A stretch of DNA of 64,000 nt from Escherichia coli (lineage in GTDB: Bacteria; Pseudomonadota; Gammaproteobacteria; Enterobacterales; Enterobacteriaceae), in assembly GCF_048403405.1 (NCBI RefSeq), contig NZ_CP183129.1; one strand, written 5' to 3'. Positions 1 through 13,424 of the stretch are shown in pieces. Under the pieces are notes generated by a model. That model searched no databases. It was not told the origin of the DNA and saw only the letters and a list, made by a program, of their open reading frames with translations. The translations under genes were made by a program, and so were the position numbers. The first letter of the stretch is position 1, and each line of letters opens with the position of its first letter.

Positions 1-7
1 CGCCAGC

Positions 8-856
<849 letters not shown>

Positions 857-884
857 GTGGCTTTTGAAATGGCGAGACAGAACT

Positions 885-1058
885 TTACTGACTCGCCGCA
901 GCCAACTCTTCTTCTGACACCCCGGTAAAACGCAGGGTGTCTGCAAGATGGACTCCGGATTACAGCATTCTTTTGGCAATATCCAGGGCTTCCAGGCGTC
1001 GATCCAATAAATAACCAATCAGGTAACTAATAAGATATTCTCTTTCTGCATCTGTCAT
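885..1058 (-). pseudogene. degenerate duplicate of the rpnA 3-prime tail (32-codon [35 protein letters not shown] followed by stop and out-of-register remnant)
   Basis: About 70 percent nucleotide identity between 949-1000 and rpnA 3-prime region 1140-1195 (shared ttttggcaatat core); translated remnant parallels RpnA C-terminus (MT.AER ... IAK.ML ... LRFT). Confidence 0.45.
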
Positions 1059-1075
1059 TAAAACCATCCTTTACG

Positions 1076-1969
1076 TTATTGATGATTTATTTCAGCAAGG
1101 TCTTCAACCGTCAGGCTGGTAAATCGCAGAACGTCCTCAAGAGAGACTCCGGCATCCAGCATGGTTTTGGCAATATTTAGGGCGTTGGTACGTATACCTT
1201 TCTGAAACCCCTCCTGCCGCAATCTTTCCGCAATAGTCATTAAACTCTCCTTGTGTTTCGGTGAACGTTCGGCCACACCGTCGATAAAATCGTTAAAACG
1301 TACCGCATCGCCAGTTTGCAGTATGTAATTAAACAGCCCTTTGATTTGTCTGTCATTAGCGTATCCACTACTTAATAAGCAGGCCATTTGCTCTACCAGC
1401 CCCATCAGGTCGCGTTGACGAATATGTTTTTGAATTAACTCCAGCAGTGCCATACGTCGGTGCTGCATGATTTCATCATCAGGCATGACGGTGACATCAA
1501 TCAGCGGAAATGCAGAGGCATAAAGCTGCCTTGCCAGGTTGGGATCGGCGAAACAATCAAGCCAACACAGCGAATAGGGATAGGGGCTTTCAATACCGTG
1601 GTAAAACAACAATGGCACCACCATCGGCAAGGTTTTGTATCCGGCATCCAGGTGATTTTGCATTGCGGCAATGGCGTAGCGCATCATGCGAAATGCGATC
1701 AGTTTGTTTGAGGTGCTTTGATGTTCAATCAGACAATAGATGTATCCTGGCCCTTGTTCCGTTTTCACCGACCACAGCACGTCGGAATAGCTTTCACGCA
1801 GATCGTCATCAATAAAGCTGCTCGACTCCAGCTTGAGGGTTTTCATATCACAGAGCGCGTGAATAGGTGCCGGTAAATGGAACGCAAGAAAATCGCGCGC
1901 CGTCTCCGGTTGGCGTAAAAAGAGTTTGAACAGCGCATCGTGTGGGGTGGAACTCTGCTTTTTGCTCAT
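1076..1969 (-). CDS. rpnA: recombination-promoting nuclease RpnA (YhgA-like, transposase_31 / PD-(D/E)XK family)
   Basis: 297-aa ORF matching remembered E. coli YhgA/RpnA; start codon choice uncertain (K-12 annotation slightly shorter, from memory). Confidence 0.85.
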   Translation of the reverse strand: MSKKQSSTPHDALFKLFLRQPETARDFLAFHLPAPIHALCDMKTLKLESSSFIDDDLRESYSDVLWSVKTEQGPGYIYCLIEHQSTSNKLIAFRMMRYAIAAMQNHLDAGYKTLPMVVPLLFYHGIESPYPYSLCWLDCFADPNLARQLYASAFPLIDVTVMPDDEIMQHRRMALLELIQKHIRQRDLMGLVEQMACLLSSGYANDRQIKGLFNYILQTGDAVRFNDFIDGVAERSPKHKESLMTIAERLRQEGFQKGIRTNALNIAKTMLDAGVSLEDVLRFTSLTVEDLAEINHQ

Positions 1970-2171
1970 GGCGTTCCTTCACCTGTTATTTGAATGCCGC
2001 GACTCTACGCGCCACTCCACACCTGTGCATTAGCCAGTTTTCATCCCTGCGAGACGCTTTCAGAGGAACTTACGTCGCGCTGCAAGAATTGCATTTTTAT
2101 GGAAAGCCGCACGCAAAAAAGCCCGGATGCAAACGCATACCGGGCTTTTCAAAACAGGCGATGGAGTATGG

Positions 2172-2408
2172 TTAACGCAGCGCCCACCACTCGCGCAGAC
2201 AGACTTTGCCTTCCGGGCAGCTTTTACAACTGCCAGAGAGGCAGCCGTCAGGTTCTTCCTGAATCCGCACGGCTTTGCCCATGCTTTCCAGCTGTTGCAG
2301 CATGGCGTTAATCATTGGCTGCGGCGTGTTCAATGTCTGGCTTATCTGGGCCGCTTCCATACGGCCCCGTAACGCCAGCAAATCACGTACCTGAATAAGT
2401 GAAGCCAT
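2172..2408 (-). CDS. feoC: ferrous iron transport regulator FeoC
   Basis: 78-aa protein from second Met of 81-aa ORF; Cys-rich [15 protein letters not shown] segment; directly downstream of feoB. Confidence 0.9.
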   Translation of the reverse strand: MASLIQVRDLLALRGRMEAAQISQTLNTPQPMINAMLQQLESMGKAVRIQEEPDGCLSGSCKSCPEGKVCLREWWALR

Positions 2409-4729
2409 TAATGGCAATCACCGGTGGTGCTGGCTGCGCAGCAACTGCTTACCGATTTGCGCGTTGCCAGCAGTTCGATATTCACCCGGCTACGCGCGCG
2501 GCGCAGCAGACCGATAACCACGATGTTAAACAGGATAACCGCCAGAATGCACACCAGGCTGTAAGTTGGATGCTGGCTGTAGCTGGCGACTTGATAGAAC
2601 AATGTTGCCAGCGAGTAAGCGATATTCAGCCCCCACAAGATGGAGAAGCCCATCCAGCCACGGCTTGATTCACGGGCGATAGCACCCATCACCGAGATGC
2701 ACGGTACGTACAGCAGGACGAAAATCAGGTAGCTGTATGCGGCAGCTGCGCTACCGAATTTCTGATCCATCACACCCATCGCCCCGGTACCCATTTCGCC
2801 GTCGCCTTTGCTCGCTTCAATCGGGTTCATCAGTACGCTAAGGCTGAAGGTGTCTTTCAGGCTCTGCCAGGTTTCATCTACCGCACTGAACAGCTCTTCA
2901 CCGAGGTTAAATTCCGCCGGATTGAACTCTTCGTCCTGAATATTTTCTGCGGTGTAGAGGGTGTTGAGCGTACCCACCACCACTTCTTTCGCCATTGCGC
3001 CTGTAAACAGGCCAACCGTTGCCTGCCAGTTATCTTCATGCACGCCAATCGGCTTGAAGACTGGGGTGATCACCCGGCTGACGGAAGCCAGCGCCGAGTC
3101 GTTGATGTTATCGACGATTTTCCCGCTCAGAGAGAAGCTGTTGAAAGCACTCAGGAAAATGCTGACGATGATAATCACTTTACCAGCACGCAGAACGAAG
3201 CCTTTCAGACGCTGCCAGGTCTGGATAATCAGGCTTTTAACGTGTGGTACATGGTAGACCGGCAGCTCCATGACAAACGGCGTCGCTTCACCGCGCATGA
3301 TGGTGTACTTGAGCATCAGGCCAGTCAGCACCGCCATCACAATACCGAGCATATACAGCGAGAAGACCGCCAGCGCACCGTTCTGCCCGAAGAAAGCAGC
3401 CGCAAATACTGCGAAGATAGCCAGACGCGCGCCGCAGGACATAAACGGAGCCATCATGATGGTCATCAGACGTTCACGCGGTGCATCAAGCGTACGTGCG
3501 CCCATTACCGACGGTACGTTACAACCGAAACCAACGATCAGCGGTACAAAGGATTTCCCCGGCAAGCCCAGCGCCTGCATCAGACGGTCCATCACAAACG
3601 CCGCACGCGCCATATAGCCGGAGTCCTCAAGGAAGGAGAGGAACAGGTACATCATGCCGATCTGCGGCACCAGTGGCAGCACGGTGTTAATACCGCCGCC
3701 CAGGCCCTGGGCGAGGAAGATAGTCAGCCAGTCCGGGAAGTGGAGCGTGTAGCCAATCCACTGAATACCATGCACAAACAGCGCCACGGAACCGACATCA
3801 AACAGAGGCTGTAACGCCCCGCCGATGTTGATAGCCAGCAGGAACATCAGGTACATCACAAAGAGGAAAATCGGCAGACCGAGGAAACGGTTGAGCACGA
3901 TTTTATCTACCGCAGTGGTGAAACGGCTGGGTTCTGCCGTCAGGGTGTTGCTTACCACATCACAGATGGCAGCAATGCACTGGTAACGCGCATCGGCAAT
4001 GTGCAGCGCCGGATCATCCATCTCATTACGCAGACGGGCGAGGGCGGCATCAAGATGCTGCGACGCTTCACCGGCGTAGGCGCGGCTGTAGATATCGCCT
4101 TCCAGCATTTGCAAGCCCAGCCAGCGACGTTGTTTCAGCGGGATGTCGGAAGGCATCACTTTTGCCAGTGAATCTGCTTCGTTGAGCAGCGGCTGTGCGT
4201 AATGCACCAGTTCCACATTCTCGTTAGCTTTATAGCGATCAATCGCCAGCTTGAGCGCTTCAATACCGCGACCACGGGTTGAAACCAGCGGGATCACCGG
4301 GCAGCCAAGACGCGCCGACAGAGCATCAATTTCAATGCGAATATTTTGCTTCTCGGCAATGTCGAGCATGTTCAGTGCCACGATGCAGGGAATGCCGAGT
4401 TCCAGCAGTTGTAGCGTCAGGTACAGGTTACGCTCAAGGTTAGACGCATCCACCACGTTAATCAGCAGGTCAGCGTCGCCACTCAAAATGTAGTGACAGG
4501 CGATTTGCTCATCGAGCGAGGTCTGCGATGAGATGGTGGTCAGAGAATAGGTGCCGGGCAGGTCCACCAGCGTGACCTGATGATCGGTGGTGGAGAATTG
4601 CCCTTCTTTACGTTCGACGGTAACGCCAGCCCAGTTACCTACACGCTGACGTGCGCCAGTGAGCTGGTTAAATAAGGTTGTCTTGCCAGAATTTGGATTA
4701 CCAATTAAGCCAATGGTTAATTTTTTCAT
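2408..4729 (-). CDS. feoB: ferrous iron transporter FeoB (N-terminal GTPase plus membrane permease)
   Basis: 773 aa from [21 protein letters not shown] (G1 P-loop); long polytopic membrane domain; matches E. coli FeoB. Confidence 0.95.
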   Translation of the reverse strand: MKKLTIGLIGNPNSGKTTLFNQLTGARQRVGNWAGVTVERKEGQFSTTDHQVTLVDLPGTYSLTTISSQTSLDEQIACHYILSGDADLLINVVDASNLERNLYLTLQLLELGIPCIVALNMLDIAEKQNIRIEIDALSARLGCPVIPLVSTRGRGIEALKLAIDRYKANENVELVHYAQPLLNEADSLAKVMPSDIPLKQRRWLGLQMLEGDIYSRAYAGEASQHLDAALARLRNEMDDPALHIADARYQCIAAICDVVSNTLTAEPSRFTTAVDKIVLNRFLGLPIFLFVMYLMFLLAINIGGALQPLFDVGSVALFVHGIQWIGYTLHFPDWLTIFLAQGLGGGINTVLPLVPQIGMMYLFLSFLEDSGYMARAAFVMDRLMQALGLPGKSFVPLIVGFGCNVPSVMGARTLDAPRERLMTIMMAPFMSCGARLAIFAVFAAAFFGQNGALAVFSLYMLGIVMAVLTGLMLKYTIMRGEATPFVMELPVYHVPHVKSLIIQTWQRLKGFVLRAGKVIIIVSIFLSAFNSFSLSGKIVDNINDSALASVSRVITPVFKPIGVHEDNWQATVGLFTGAMAKEVVVGTLNTLYTAENIQDEEFNPAEFNLGEELFSAVDETWQSLKDTFSLSVLMNPIEASKGDGEMGTGAMGVMDQKFGSAAAAYSYLIFVLLYVPCISVMGAIARESSRGWMGFSILWGLNIAYSLATLFYQVASYSQHPTYSLVCILAVILFNIVVIGLLRRARSRVNIELLATRKSVSSCCAASTTGDCH

Positions 4730-4745
4730 TGTTGTTATCACCGTA

Positions 4746-4973
4746 TTAACAGGAAACCGCTTCCACTTCTAATAAGGCCAGATCTTTTTTGCGTAATACC
4801 AGGCTCACACGACGGGTTTCGATATGAATGGGGTCGCCGAGTGGAGCGACGCGCACCACATTAAAAGAGGAGCCAGGTAACATGCCTAGAGAAAGCAGTT
4901 TTTGGCGATATGCCGGGCTGATTTCACGGGAAAAGCCAGTGATTTTCCACGCAGTATCTGGAGTGTATTGCAT
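4746..4973 (-). CDS. feoA: ferrous iron transport protein FeoA
   Basis: 75-aa [17 protein letters not shown]..., immediately upstream of feoB. Confidence 0.92.
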   Translation of the reverse strand: MQYTPDTAWKITGFSREISPAYRQKLLSLGMLPGSSFNVVRVAPLGDPIHIETRRVSLVLRKKDLALLEVEAVSC

Positions 4974-5086
4974 AGGTGCCTACTTGTTTCTCATTAACTG
5001 GATAACTACCTCATGGGGCGTTTGACAGCGACATGAGACCAGATGATTTGCCAACGAAGGAGAGATTAAATAATCAACAACACAAT

Positions 5087-5105
5087 GATAATGAGAATGG
5101 TTTCT
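5087..5105. promoter_or_regulatory. putative Fur box in feoA upstream region
   Basis: gataatgagaatggtttct matches about 13 of 19 positions of the GATAATGATAATCATTATC Fur consensus; location upstream of feoA is as expected. Confidence 0.35.
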
Positions 5106-5305
5106 ATCAGCAATACTTAAAATGTGTGCGAATGTTGGTTTGAATAATAATCTGACTCAATGTTGATGTGGCTCAAGGTTATATCGCAGCGAAAATATAA
5201 TTCGAATAGCGAATTACCAGGACTGGTTAATGTTTAATTAAGGTTTCAGTTGTTAATGAAGTGATAAATATTAACGGGATATATTGAGAGTTTGGTTGTG
5301 GAATA

Positions 5306-5336
5306 AAAAGGCCGGAGATATTCTCCGGCACTTTTA
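5306..5336 (-). terminator. rho-independent terminator downstream of tex
   Basis: Inverted repeat gccggagatattctccggc followed by a T-run on the minus strand. Confidence 0.7.
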
Positions 5337-5412
5337 TGTCAGGCAAGGCGTTCGTTGCCAGATGCGGCGTGAACGCTTTATCTGGCAGGTTTACGTTTGT
5401 CTATCAGGGCGT

Positions 5413-7734
5413 TTAACGTTTTTTGCCCATTGCCGCCGCCAGCGCATCCATCATCGCGCTGTTACCGGCAGGCTGCGCTTCACGCCCACGCGGTTTGGCT
5501 GCCGGGCGGTTGTTTTGCGGGCGTTCATTACCGCCGCCGCGACGGGCGTTGGTTTCGCCAGGCTGCTCGTCCAGACGCATAGTCAGGGCGATACGTTTGC
5601 GCTGAAGATCCACTTCCAGCACTTTCACCTTCACAATATCGCCCGCTTTCACCACGGTATGCGGATCTTCCACAAACTTATTCGACAATGAAGAGATGTG
5701 AACCAGGCCGTCCTGATGCACGCCGATATCGACAAACGCGCCAAAGTTGGTGACGTTGGTCACTGCGCCTTCGAGGATCATACCCGGTTGCAGGTCGTTC
5801 ATTGTCTCGACGCCATCGGCAAACTGAGCGGTTTTAAATTCCGGACGCGGATCGCGACCCGGTTTTTCCAGCTCTTTGATGATGTCAGTTACTGTCGGCA
5901 CACCGAATTTCTCATCAGTAAAGTCAGACGCTTTCAGGTTACGCAGCTCGCTGCTGTTACCCATCAGATCTTTCAGTGCCTGCTGTGTTGCTGCCAGAAT
6001 GCGTTCCACCACCGGATAGGCTTCCGGGTGAACGGTAGAGGCGTCCAGCGGGTTATCGCCGTGGTTAATACGCAGGAAGCCCGCACACTGCTCGAAGGCT
6101 TTCGGCCCCAGACGGCTCACTTTCAGCAGTTGCTGACGGTTCTGGAACTGACCGTTCTCATCGCGCCAGGCCACGATGTTTTGCGCCATCATGCGCGTCA
6201 GGCCCGCCACGCGGGTTAACAGCGGAACAGAAGCGGTGTTGAGATCGACGCCAACAGCGTTTACGCAGTCTTCTACTACTGCATCCAGTTTGCGGGCCAG
6301 CTGCGTCTGGCTGACGTCATGCTGATACTGACCTACGCCGATAGATTTCGGATCGATTTTCACCAGCTCCGCCAGCGGATCTTGCAAACGACGGGCGATA
6401 GATACCGCGCCACGCAGCGAAACGTCGAGATCCGGGAACTCCTGCGCTGCCAGCTCGGAAGCCGAGTAAACCGACGCGCCTGCTTCGCTGACGATCACTT
6501 TCTGCGCGGTCACTTTCGGGAACTGCTTCTGCACGTCGAGATAGAAACGCTCAGTTTCGCGGGAAGCTGTACCGTTGCCGATCGCCACCAGTTCAACATT
6601 ATGCTTTTCACACAGGGCAGCAACGGTCATCGCTGCTTTTGCGGCTTGTCCGGTGTGCGGGTAAATGGTATCGGTCGCCACCAGTTTGCCAGTTGCATCG
6701 ACCACCGCTACTTTTACCCCGGTACGCAGACCCGGATCGAGGCCCATCGTTGCACGCAGTCCGGCTGGGGCCGCCATCAGCAGATCGTGCAGGTTACGGG
6801 CAAAGACGTTGATTGCTTCATCTTCCGCGCGTTCGCGCACGGTGCCCATCAGTTCGGTTTCCAGATGCATCAGCACCTTGATGCGCCACGTCCAGCTCAC
6901 CACGCCTTTGCGCCAGCTATCCGCCGGGGCATTGTTCAGGCGCAGGCCGAGATGATCCATAATGATTTGCTCGCAATAGCTCTCTTTTGGCGGCTCATCG
7001 AACTGCGGATCGGCATTCAGCGAAAGTTGGAGTACGCCTTCGTTACGCCCACGGAACATCGCCAGCGCGCGGTGAGAGGGCACCGTTGACAGCGGTTCGT
7101 GATGATCGAAATAGTCGCGGAATTTCGCCCCTTCCTCTTCTTTACCACTCACCACCGTAGAAACCAAATGCGCGTTCTTCCACAGATAATCACGTACTTT
7201 TGCCAGCAGCGCGGCATCTTCGGCAAACCGTTCCATCAGGATATAGCGCGCGCCGTCCAGCGCGGCTTTGGTATCTGCCACGCCTTTATCGGCATCAACA
7301 TATTGTGCAGCGGCGACTTCTGGCGTGTGTGACGGATCGCTCCACAGCAGGTCAGCCAATGGCTCAAGCCCTGCTTCAATGGCGATTTGCCCGCGGGTGC
7401 GGCGTTTAGGTTTGTAGGGCAGGTAGAGGTCTTCGAGTTCGGTTTTGCTTAAGGTGGCGTTGATGGCATTCGCCAGATCATCAGTGAGTTTGCCTTGCTC
7501 GGAAATGGATTTGAGGATCGCCTGACGTCTCTCTTCCAGCTCGCGCAGATAGCTCAGACGCGTTTCCAGATTACGCAGCTGCGTGTCATCCAGACCGCCG
7601 GTAATTTCCTTACGATAACGTGCGATAAACGGCACGGTATTCCCTTCGTCAAGCAGGCGAACGGCAGCGTCAACCTGTTCCGGGCGCGCCTGAATTTCAC
7701 CCGCAATAATGCGGCAGAACGAATCATTCATCAT
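5413..7734 (-). CDS. tex: transcription accessory protein Tex (YhgF), S1 RNA-binding domain protein
   Basis: 773-aa ORF matching E. coli YhgF/Tex; C-terminal S1 domain and basic tail. Confidence 0.93.
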   Translation of the reverse strand: MMNDSFCRIIAGEIQARPEQVDAAVRLLDEGNTVPFIARYRKEITGGLDDTQLRNLETRLSYLRELEERRQAILKSISEQGKLTDDLANAINATLSKTELEDLYLPYKPKRRTRGQIAIEAGLEPLADLLWSDPSHTPEVAAAQYVDADKGVADTKAALDGARYILMERFAEDAALLAKVRDYLWKNAHLVSTVVSGKEEEGAKFRDYFDHHEPLSTVPSHRALAMFRGRNEGVLQLSLNADPQFDEPPKESYCEQIIMDHLGLRLNNAPADSWRKGVVSWTWRIKVLMHLETELMGTVRERAEDEAINVFARNLHDLLMAAPAGLRATMGLDPGLRTGVKVAVVDATGKLVATDTIYPHTGQAAKAAMTVAALCEKHNVELVAIGNGTASRETERFYLDVQKQFPKVTAQKVIVSEAGASVYSASELAAQEFPDLDVSLRGAVSIARRLQDPLAELVKIDPKSIGVGQYQHDVSQTQLARKLDAVVEDCVNAVGVDLNTASVPLLTRVAGLTRMMAQNIVAWRDENGQFQNRQQLLKVSRLGPKAFEQCAGFLRINHGDNPLDASTVHPEAYPVVERILAATQQALKDLMGNSSELRNLKASDFTDEKFGVPTVTDIIKELEKPGRDPRPEFKTAQFADGVETMNDLQPGMILEGAVTNVTNFGAFVDIGVHQDGLVHISSLSNKFVEDPHTVVKAGDIVKVKVLEVDLQRKRIALTMRLDEQPGETNARRGGGNERPQNNRPAAKPRGREAQPAGNSAMMDALAAAMGKKR

Positions 7735-7830
7735 GGTTTGAGTTCATCTTTTCGGATCAAAAATCAGGGGATAGTTATACGGACTGGCTGGCAAAAATGC
7801 CAGCCATCGGCAGGAGGTTAAGACTCTTCC

Positions 7831-8307
7831 TTACGGTTTCACGTACTCGATAGCATTAACATACCAGCTCGCTTCCCCGGCAGGGGTATTGACCACCGCC
7901 AGGTCGCCCACCTCTTTTTTCAGCAATGCGCGAGCCATCGGGGAATCGATAGAGATGTAATCTTTACGGCCAAAAATTTCATCGTAGCCGACAATACGGA
8001 AACGGTGAGTCACGCCATCGTCGTTTTCAATCTCCACCCACGCGCCAAAAAAGACTTTGCCTTCCTGCTGCGGGGAGTAATCGACGATTTTGAGATTTTC
8101 CATGCATTTAGTGAGATAGCGCACGCGACGGTCGATTTCACGCAGGCGCTTTTTATTATACTGATAGTCAGCATTTTCGCTGCGGTCGCCCAGACTTGCG
8201 GCCCAGGTCACCTTTTTTGTGACCTCCGGGCGTTCTTCACGCCAGAGATAATTAAGCTCTTGCTTGAGTTTTTCATACCCTTCCCGGGTAACCAGGGGCG
8301 TTTTCAT
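7831..8307 (-). CDS. greB: transcript cleavage factor GreB
   Basis: 158 aa from MKTPLVTREGYEKLKQEL (internal Met of the 170-aa ORF); matches E. coli GreB. Confidence 0.93.
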   Translation of the reverse strand: MKTPLVTREGYEKLKQELNYLWREERPEVTKKVTWAASLGDRSENADYQYNKKRLREIDRRVRYLTKCMENLKIVDYSPQQEGKVFFGAWVEIENDDGVTHRFRIVGYDEIFGRKDYISIDSPMARALLKKEVGDLAVVNTPAGEASWYVNAIEYVKP

Positions 8308-8534
8308 CTCGTTGATTCCCTTTGTCTGTTTGATAATGCGCACATTGGGTATAACGTGATCATATCAACAGAATCAATAATGTTTCGCCGAATAAATTGT
8401 ATACTTAAGCTGCTGTTTAATATGCTTTGTAACAATTTAGGCTGAAATTCATACCAGATTTAGCTGGTGACGAACGTGAGCTTTTTTAAGAATACACGCT
8501 TACAAATTGTTGCGAACCTTTGGGAGTACAAACA

Positions 8535-10603
<2,069 letters not shown>

Positions 10604-10610
10604 ATAAAAC

Positions 10611-10637
10611 GGGAGGCGAAGGTGCCTCCTGTTTTTA
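10611..10637 (+). terminator. rho-independent terminator downstream of envZ
   Basis: Hairpin ggaggc-gaaggt-gcctcc followed by tgttttt. Confidence 0.6.
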
Positions 10638-10931
10638 GATTGTTTTCAATTGATTGATAATGAAAGGATTCGCTTGCAAAAGCAGGAGCAATTTTCGGGG
10701 TGCTCCGGTAGGTTGACGGCGTTTGGTTTCCCAGCTTTTGACCAGGTCATAACTTACCCCTACGGCGACAGCAAAATCTTGCTGACGTAAACCCGTTGCT
10801 TCACGGATCGCTTTTACATCGATTTCGCTAAAAGTATGGACGTGCTCTGGTTCAGGCGCTTCTTCACCCTTTTCGATGCGTACCATTTCTTCTGCGCTGG
10901 CAAGAAGATCAGCAAATAATTCGTCTTTCAT
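10635..10931 (-). CDS. putative type II antitoxin, XRE-family helix-turn-helix protein (YiaG/HigA-like)
   Basis: 98-aa ORF; HTH region GLRQQDFAVAVGVSYDLVKSWETKRRQP and C-terminal LLLLLQANPFIINQL resemble E. coli YiaG-type XRE regulators; 58 bp downstream of, and co-directional with, the toxin ORF. Confidence 0.6.
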   Translation of the reverse strand: MKDELFADLLASAEEMVRIEKGEEAPEPEHVHTFSEIDVKAIREATGLRQQDFAVAVGVSYDLVKSWETKRRQPTGAPRKLLLLLQANPFIINQLKTI

Positions 10932-10989
10932 CTGTTTTCAATGCCTCCGTTGGCATTTCGGCCATGGTGGAATTTGTGGAGCTTCAACA

Positions 10990-11307
10990 TTAAAGCAGCT
11001 TCTCGGACAATAGTTTCAATGCCTTTCTTTGTTCTTCTGTTAAATCATCCTGTTCATTTTTAGGATAAATCAACGCCAGATAAATTCGGCCATTGCGTGT
11101 TACGTTGTAATAAATTATCCGAATGCCACCCCGTTTCCCCATTCCAGAACGGTTCCAGCGAATTTTTCTAAAACTGCCTGTGCCTGCGATAATGTCACCG
11201 GCAGTGGGATCTTGAATGAGTAGTTCCTGAAAAGCCCGGAACTCATCATCAGGTAACAATAACTGGCGGCGTTTGCTAAATCCTTGTAGTTCAATAAACG
11301 TGAACAT
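10990..11307 (-). CDS. putative type II toxin, RelE/ParE superfamily (HigB/Gp49-like)
   Basis: 105-aa ORF; motif GGIRIIYY...RIYLALIYPKNEQDDLTEEQ typical of RelE/HigB-like mRNA interferase folds; AGGA about 6 nt upstream of ATG; toxin-first order as in higBA. Confidence 0.6.
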   Translation of the reverse strand: MFTFIELQGFSKRRQLLLPDDEFRAFQELLIQDPTAGDIIAGTGSFRKIRWNRSGMGKRGGIRIIYYNVTRNGRIYLALIYPKNEQDDLTEEQRKALKLLSEKLL

Positions 11308-11331
11308 AATGCATCCTGCGGTCTATTGATA

Positions 11332-11353
11332 ATTATAAGTGTACCGTGTACAT
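11332..11353 (-). promoter_or_regulatory. putative promoter -10 (TATAAT) and adjacent imperfect palindrome (candidate operator) of the toxin-antitoxin operon
   Basis: On the minus strand TATAAT lies about 24 nt upstream of the toxin ATG; tgtac-cgt-gtaca inverted repeat directly upstream. Confidence 0.35.
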
Positions 11354-11376
11354 ATTGGTAGCTAATTAGATATAAA

Positions 11377-11408
11377 AAAACCCCTTATCCGTTTGGATAA
11401 GGGGTCAA
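11377..11408 (-). terminator. rho-independent terminator downstream of pck
   Basis: Hairpin ccccttatcc-gtttg-gataagggg flanked by A/T runs on both sides. Confidence 0.7.
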
Positions 11409-11423
11409 TGAGATTTCAGCTGA

Positions 11424-13046
11424 TTACAGCTTCGGACCAGCCGCTACCAGCGCGGCACCCGCAGGGGTGTCGGTGTATTTATCGAAGTTGTCGATAAACA
11501 GTTTCGCCAGGGTTTCAGCTTTTTCCTGCCACTGTTCCGGAGAAGCGTAGGTATTACGCGGATCGAGGATCTTAGTGTCAACACCCGGCAGCTCGGTCGG
11601 AATCGCCAGGTTAAACATCGGCAGAGTGAAGGTTTCTGCGTTATCCAGCGAACCGTTGAGGATGGCGTCGATAATGGCGCGGGTATCTTTAATCGAGATA
11701 CGTTTGCCAGTGCCGTTCCAGCCGGTGTTAACCAGATACGCCTGCGCGCCTGCCGCCTGCATACGTTTCACCAGCACTTCTGCGTACTGAGTCGGGTGCA
11801 GCGACAGGAATGCCGCGCCGAAGCAGGCGGAGAAAGTTGGCGTCGGTTCGGTGATGCCGCGCTCTGTACCAGCCAGTTTGGCGGTGAAGCCAGAGAGGAA
11901 GTGGTACTGGGTTTGATCGGCAGTCAGACGAGAAACCGGCGGCAGCACACCAAAGGCGTCTGCGGTCAGGAAGATAACTTTAGTTGCGTGGCCCGCTTTG
12001 GAAACCGGCTTAACGATGTTTTCGATGTGATAGATCGGATAAGAAACGCGGGTGTTCTCGGTTTTTGAACCATCATCAAAGTCGATAGTGCCATCTTCAC
12101 GCACGGTGACGTTTTCCAGCAGCGCATCACGACGGATAGCGTTGTAGATTTCAGGTTCCGCTTCTTTCGACAGCTTGATAGTTTTTGCGTAGCAGCCGCC
12201 TTCGAAGTTAAATACGCCGTCATCGTCCCAGCCGTGTTCGTCATCGCCAATCAGGCGACGTTTCGGGTCGGTGGAAAGGGTGGTTTTACCGGTGCCGGAA
12301 AGGCCGAAGAACACCGCAACATCGCCTTTCTCACCAACGTTGGCGGAGCAGTGCATAGAAGCGATACCTTTCAGCGGTAGCAGGTAGTTCATCATTGAGA
12401 ACATCCCTTTCTTCATTTCGCCGCCGTACCAGGTGCCGCCAATCAGCTGCATGCGCTCGGTCAGGTTAAACGCCACGAAGTTTTCGGAGTTCAGACCCTG
12501 TTCTTTCCACTGCGGATTAGTGCACTTCGCGCCGTTCATAACGATAAAGTCTGGTTTGAAACCTGCCAGCTCTTCATCGCTCGGGCGAATAAACATGTTT
12601 TTGACAAAATGCGCCTGCCAGGCCACTTCGGTGATGAAACGGACGGAAAGACGAGTATCCGGGTTCGCACCACAGAAAGCGTCGACAACGAACAGACGTT
12701 TGCCGGAAAGCTGTTTGGTCACCAGGCCTTTCAGATGCTGCCAGGTTTCCGGAGAGAGAGGTTTGTTGTCGTTCTTACCTTTGCCTTTGTCTGCCCACCA
12801 GAAAGTATCGCGAGTGGTATCGTCACGGACGATATACTTATCTTTTGGTGAACGACCGGTGAAGATCCCGGTATCGACGGCAACGGCACCCAGATTAGTT
12901 AACACCCCGCGCTCATAACCTGTCAGGCTCGGATCGAGCTCTTCCTGATACAGCAGGTCGTAGCTTGGGTTGTAAACGATATCATGTACGTCACTGATAC
13001 CATAAGCCTCGAGTTCTTGCGGGGTCAAACCATTGTTAACGCGCAT
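11424..13046 (-). CDS. pck: phosphoenolpyruvate carboxykinase (ATP)
   Basis: 540 aa from [17 protein letters not shown] (internal Met of the 563-aa ORF); kinase P-loop GLSGTGKTT; matches E. coli PckA. Confidence 0.95.
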   Translation of the reverse strand: MRVNNGLTPQELEAYGISDVHDIVYNPSYDLLYQEELDPSLTGYERGVLTNLGAVAVDTGIFTGRSPKDKYIVRDDTTRDTFWWADKGKGKNDNKPLSPETWQHLKGLVTKQLSGKRLFVVDAFCGANPDTRLSVRFITEVAWQAHFVKNMFIRPSDEELAGFKPDFIVMNGAKCTNPQWKEQGLNSENFVAFNLTERMQLIGGTWYGGEMKKGMFSMMNYLLPLKGIASMHCSANVGEKGDVAVFFGLSGTGKTTLSTDPKRRLIGDDEHGWDDDGVFNFEGGCYAKTIKLSKEAEPEIYNAIRRDALLENVTVREDGTIDFDDGSKTENTRVSYPIYHIENIVKPVSKAGHATKVIFLTADAFGVLPPVSRLTADQTQYHFLSGFTAKLAGTERGITEPTPTFSACFGAAFLSLHPTQYAEVLVKRMQAAGAQAYLVNTGWNGTGKRISIKDTRAIIDAILNGSLDNAETFTLPMFNLAIPTELPGVDTKILDPRNTYASPEQWQEKAETLAKLFIDNFDKYTDTPAGAALVAAGPKL

Positions 13047-13424
13047 TTCACTGCTCCTTAGCCAATATGTATTGCCTGAATAGTAAAGTCTTTTTGGGGG
13101 TGTTAACCGCGACAAGGCTCATAGATTTACGTATCTGGAGAAATTCATATTTGACAAAAAACTCCGTGATTCCTGTCACGAAACGGTTGCTATTATCGCA
13201 GAAATAGCATTTTAGGTGTGGAAAATGTTCTTAAAAGGTTAAATCTTGGTTTATATGGCGGGAATATTGTGAGTGGAATCGCATTCCTGAATGAAATTGA
13301 TGCAAATTCAATCGGTAAAGTATCGATTCACCACGCTAACTTTTTTTGATTATTTTCTGAAAAAAGCAAAATACTACGGCCCGGATGCGATAATTAACCC
13401 ACTTTTTGATTCTGGATAACTAAC

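Noticed and set aside
5140-5180. Possible FNR half-site pair ttgatgtggctcaa upstream of feoA
   Set aside because: One mismatch to TTGAT-N4-ATCAA and several similar AT-rich near-matches nearby; not distinctive enough to annotate without a position-weight-matrix scan.
10653-11333. 9-bp direct repeat ATTGATAAT (10653-10661 and 11325-11333) flanking the TA module, considered as a target-site duplication
   Set aside because: Short AT-rich 9-mer with a non-negligible chance of occurring in two 100-bp windows; the left copy is inside the antitoxin coding sequence rather than outside the insert; no integrase, transposase or terminal inverted repeats nearby.
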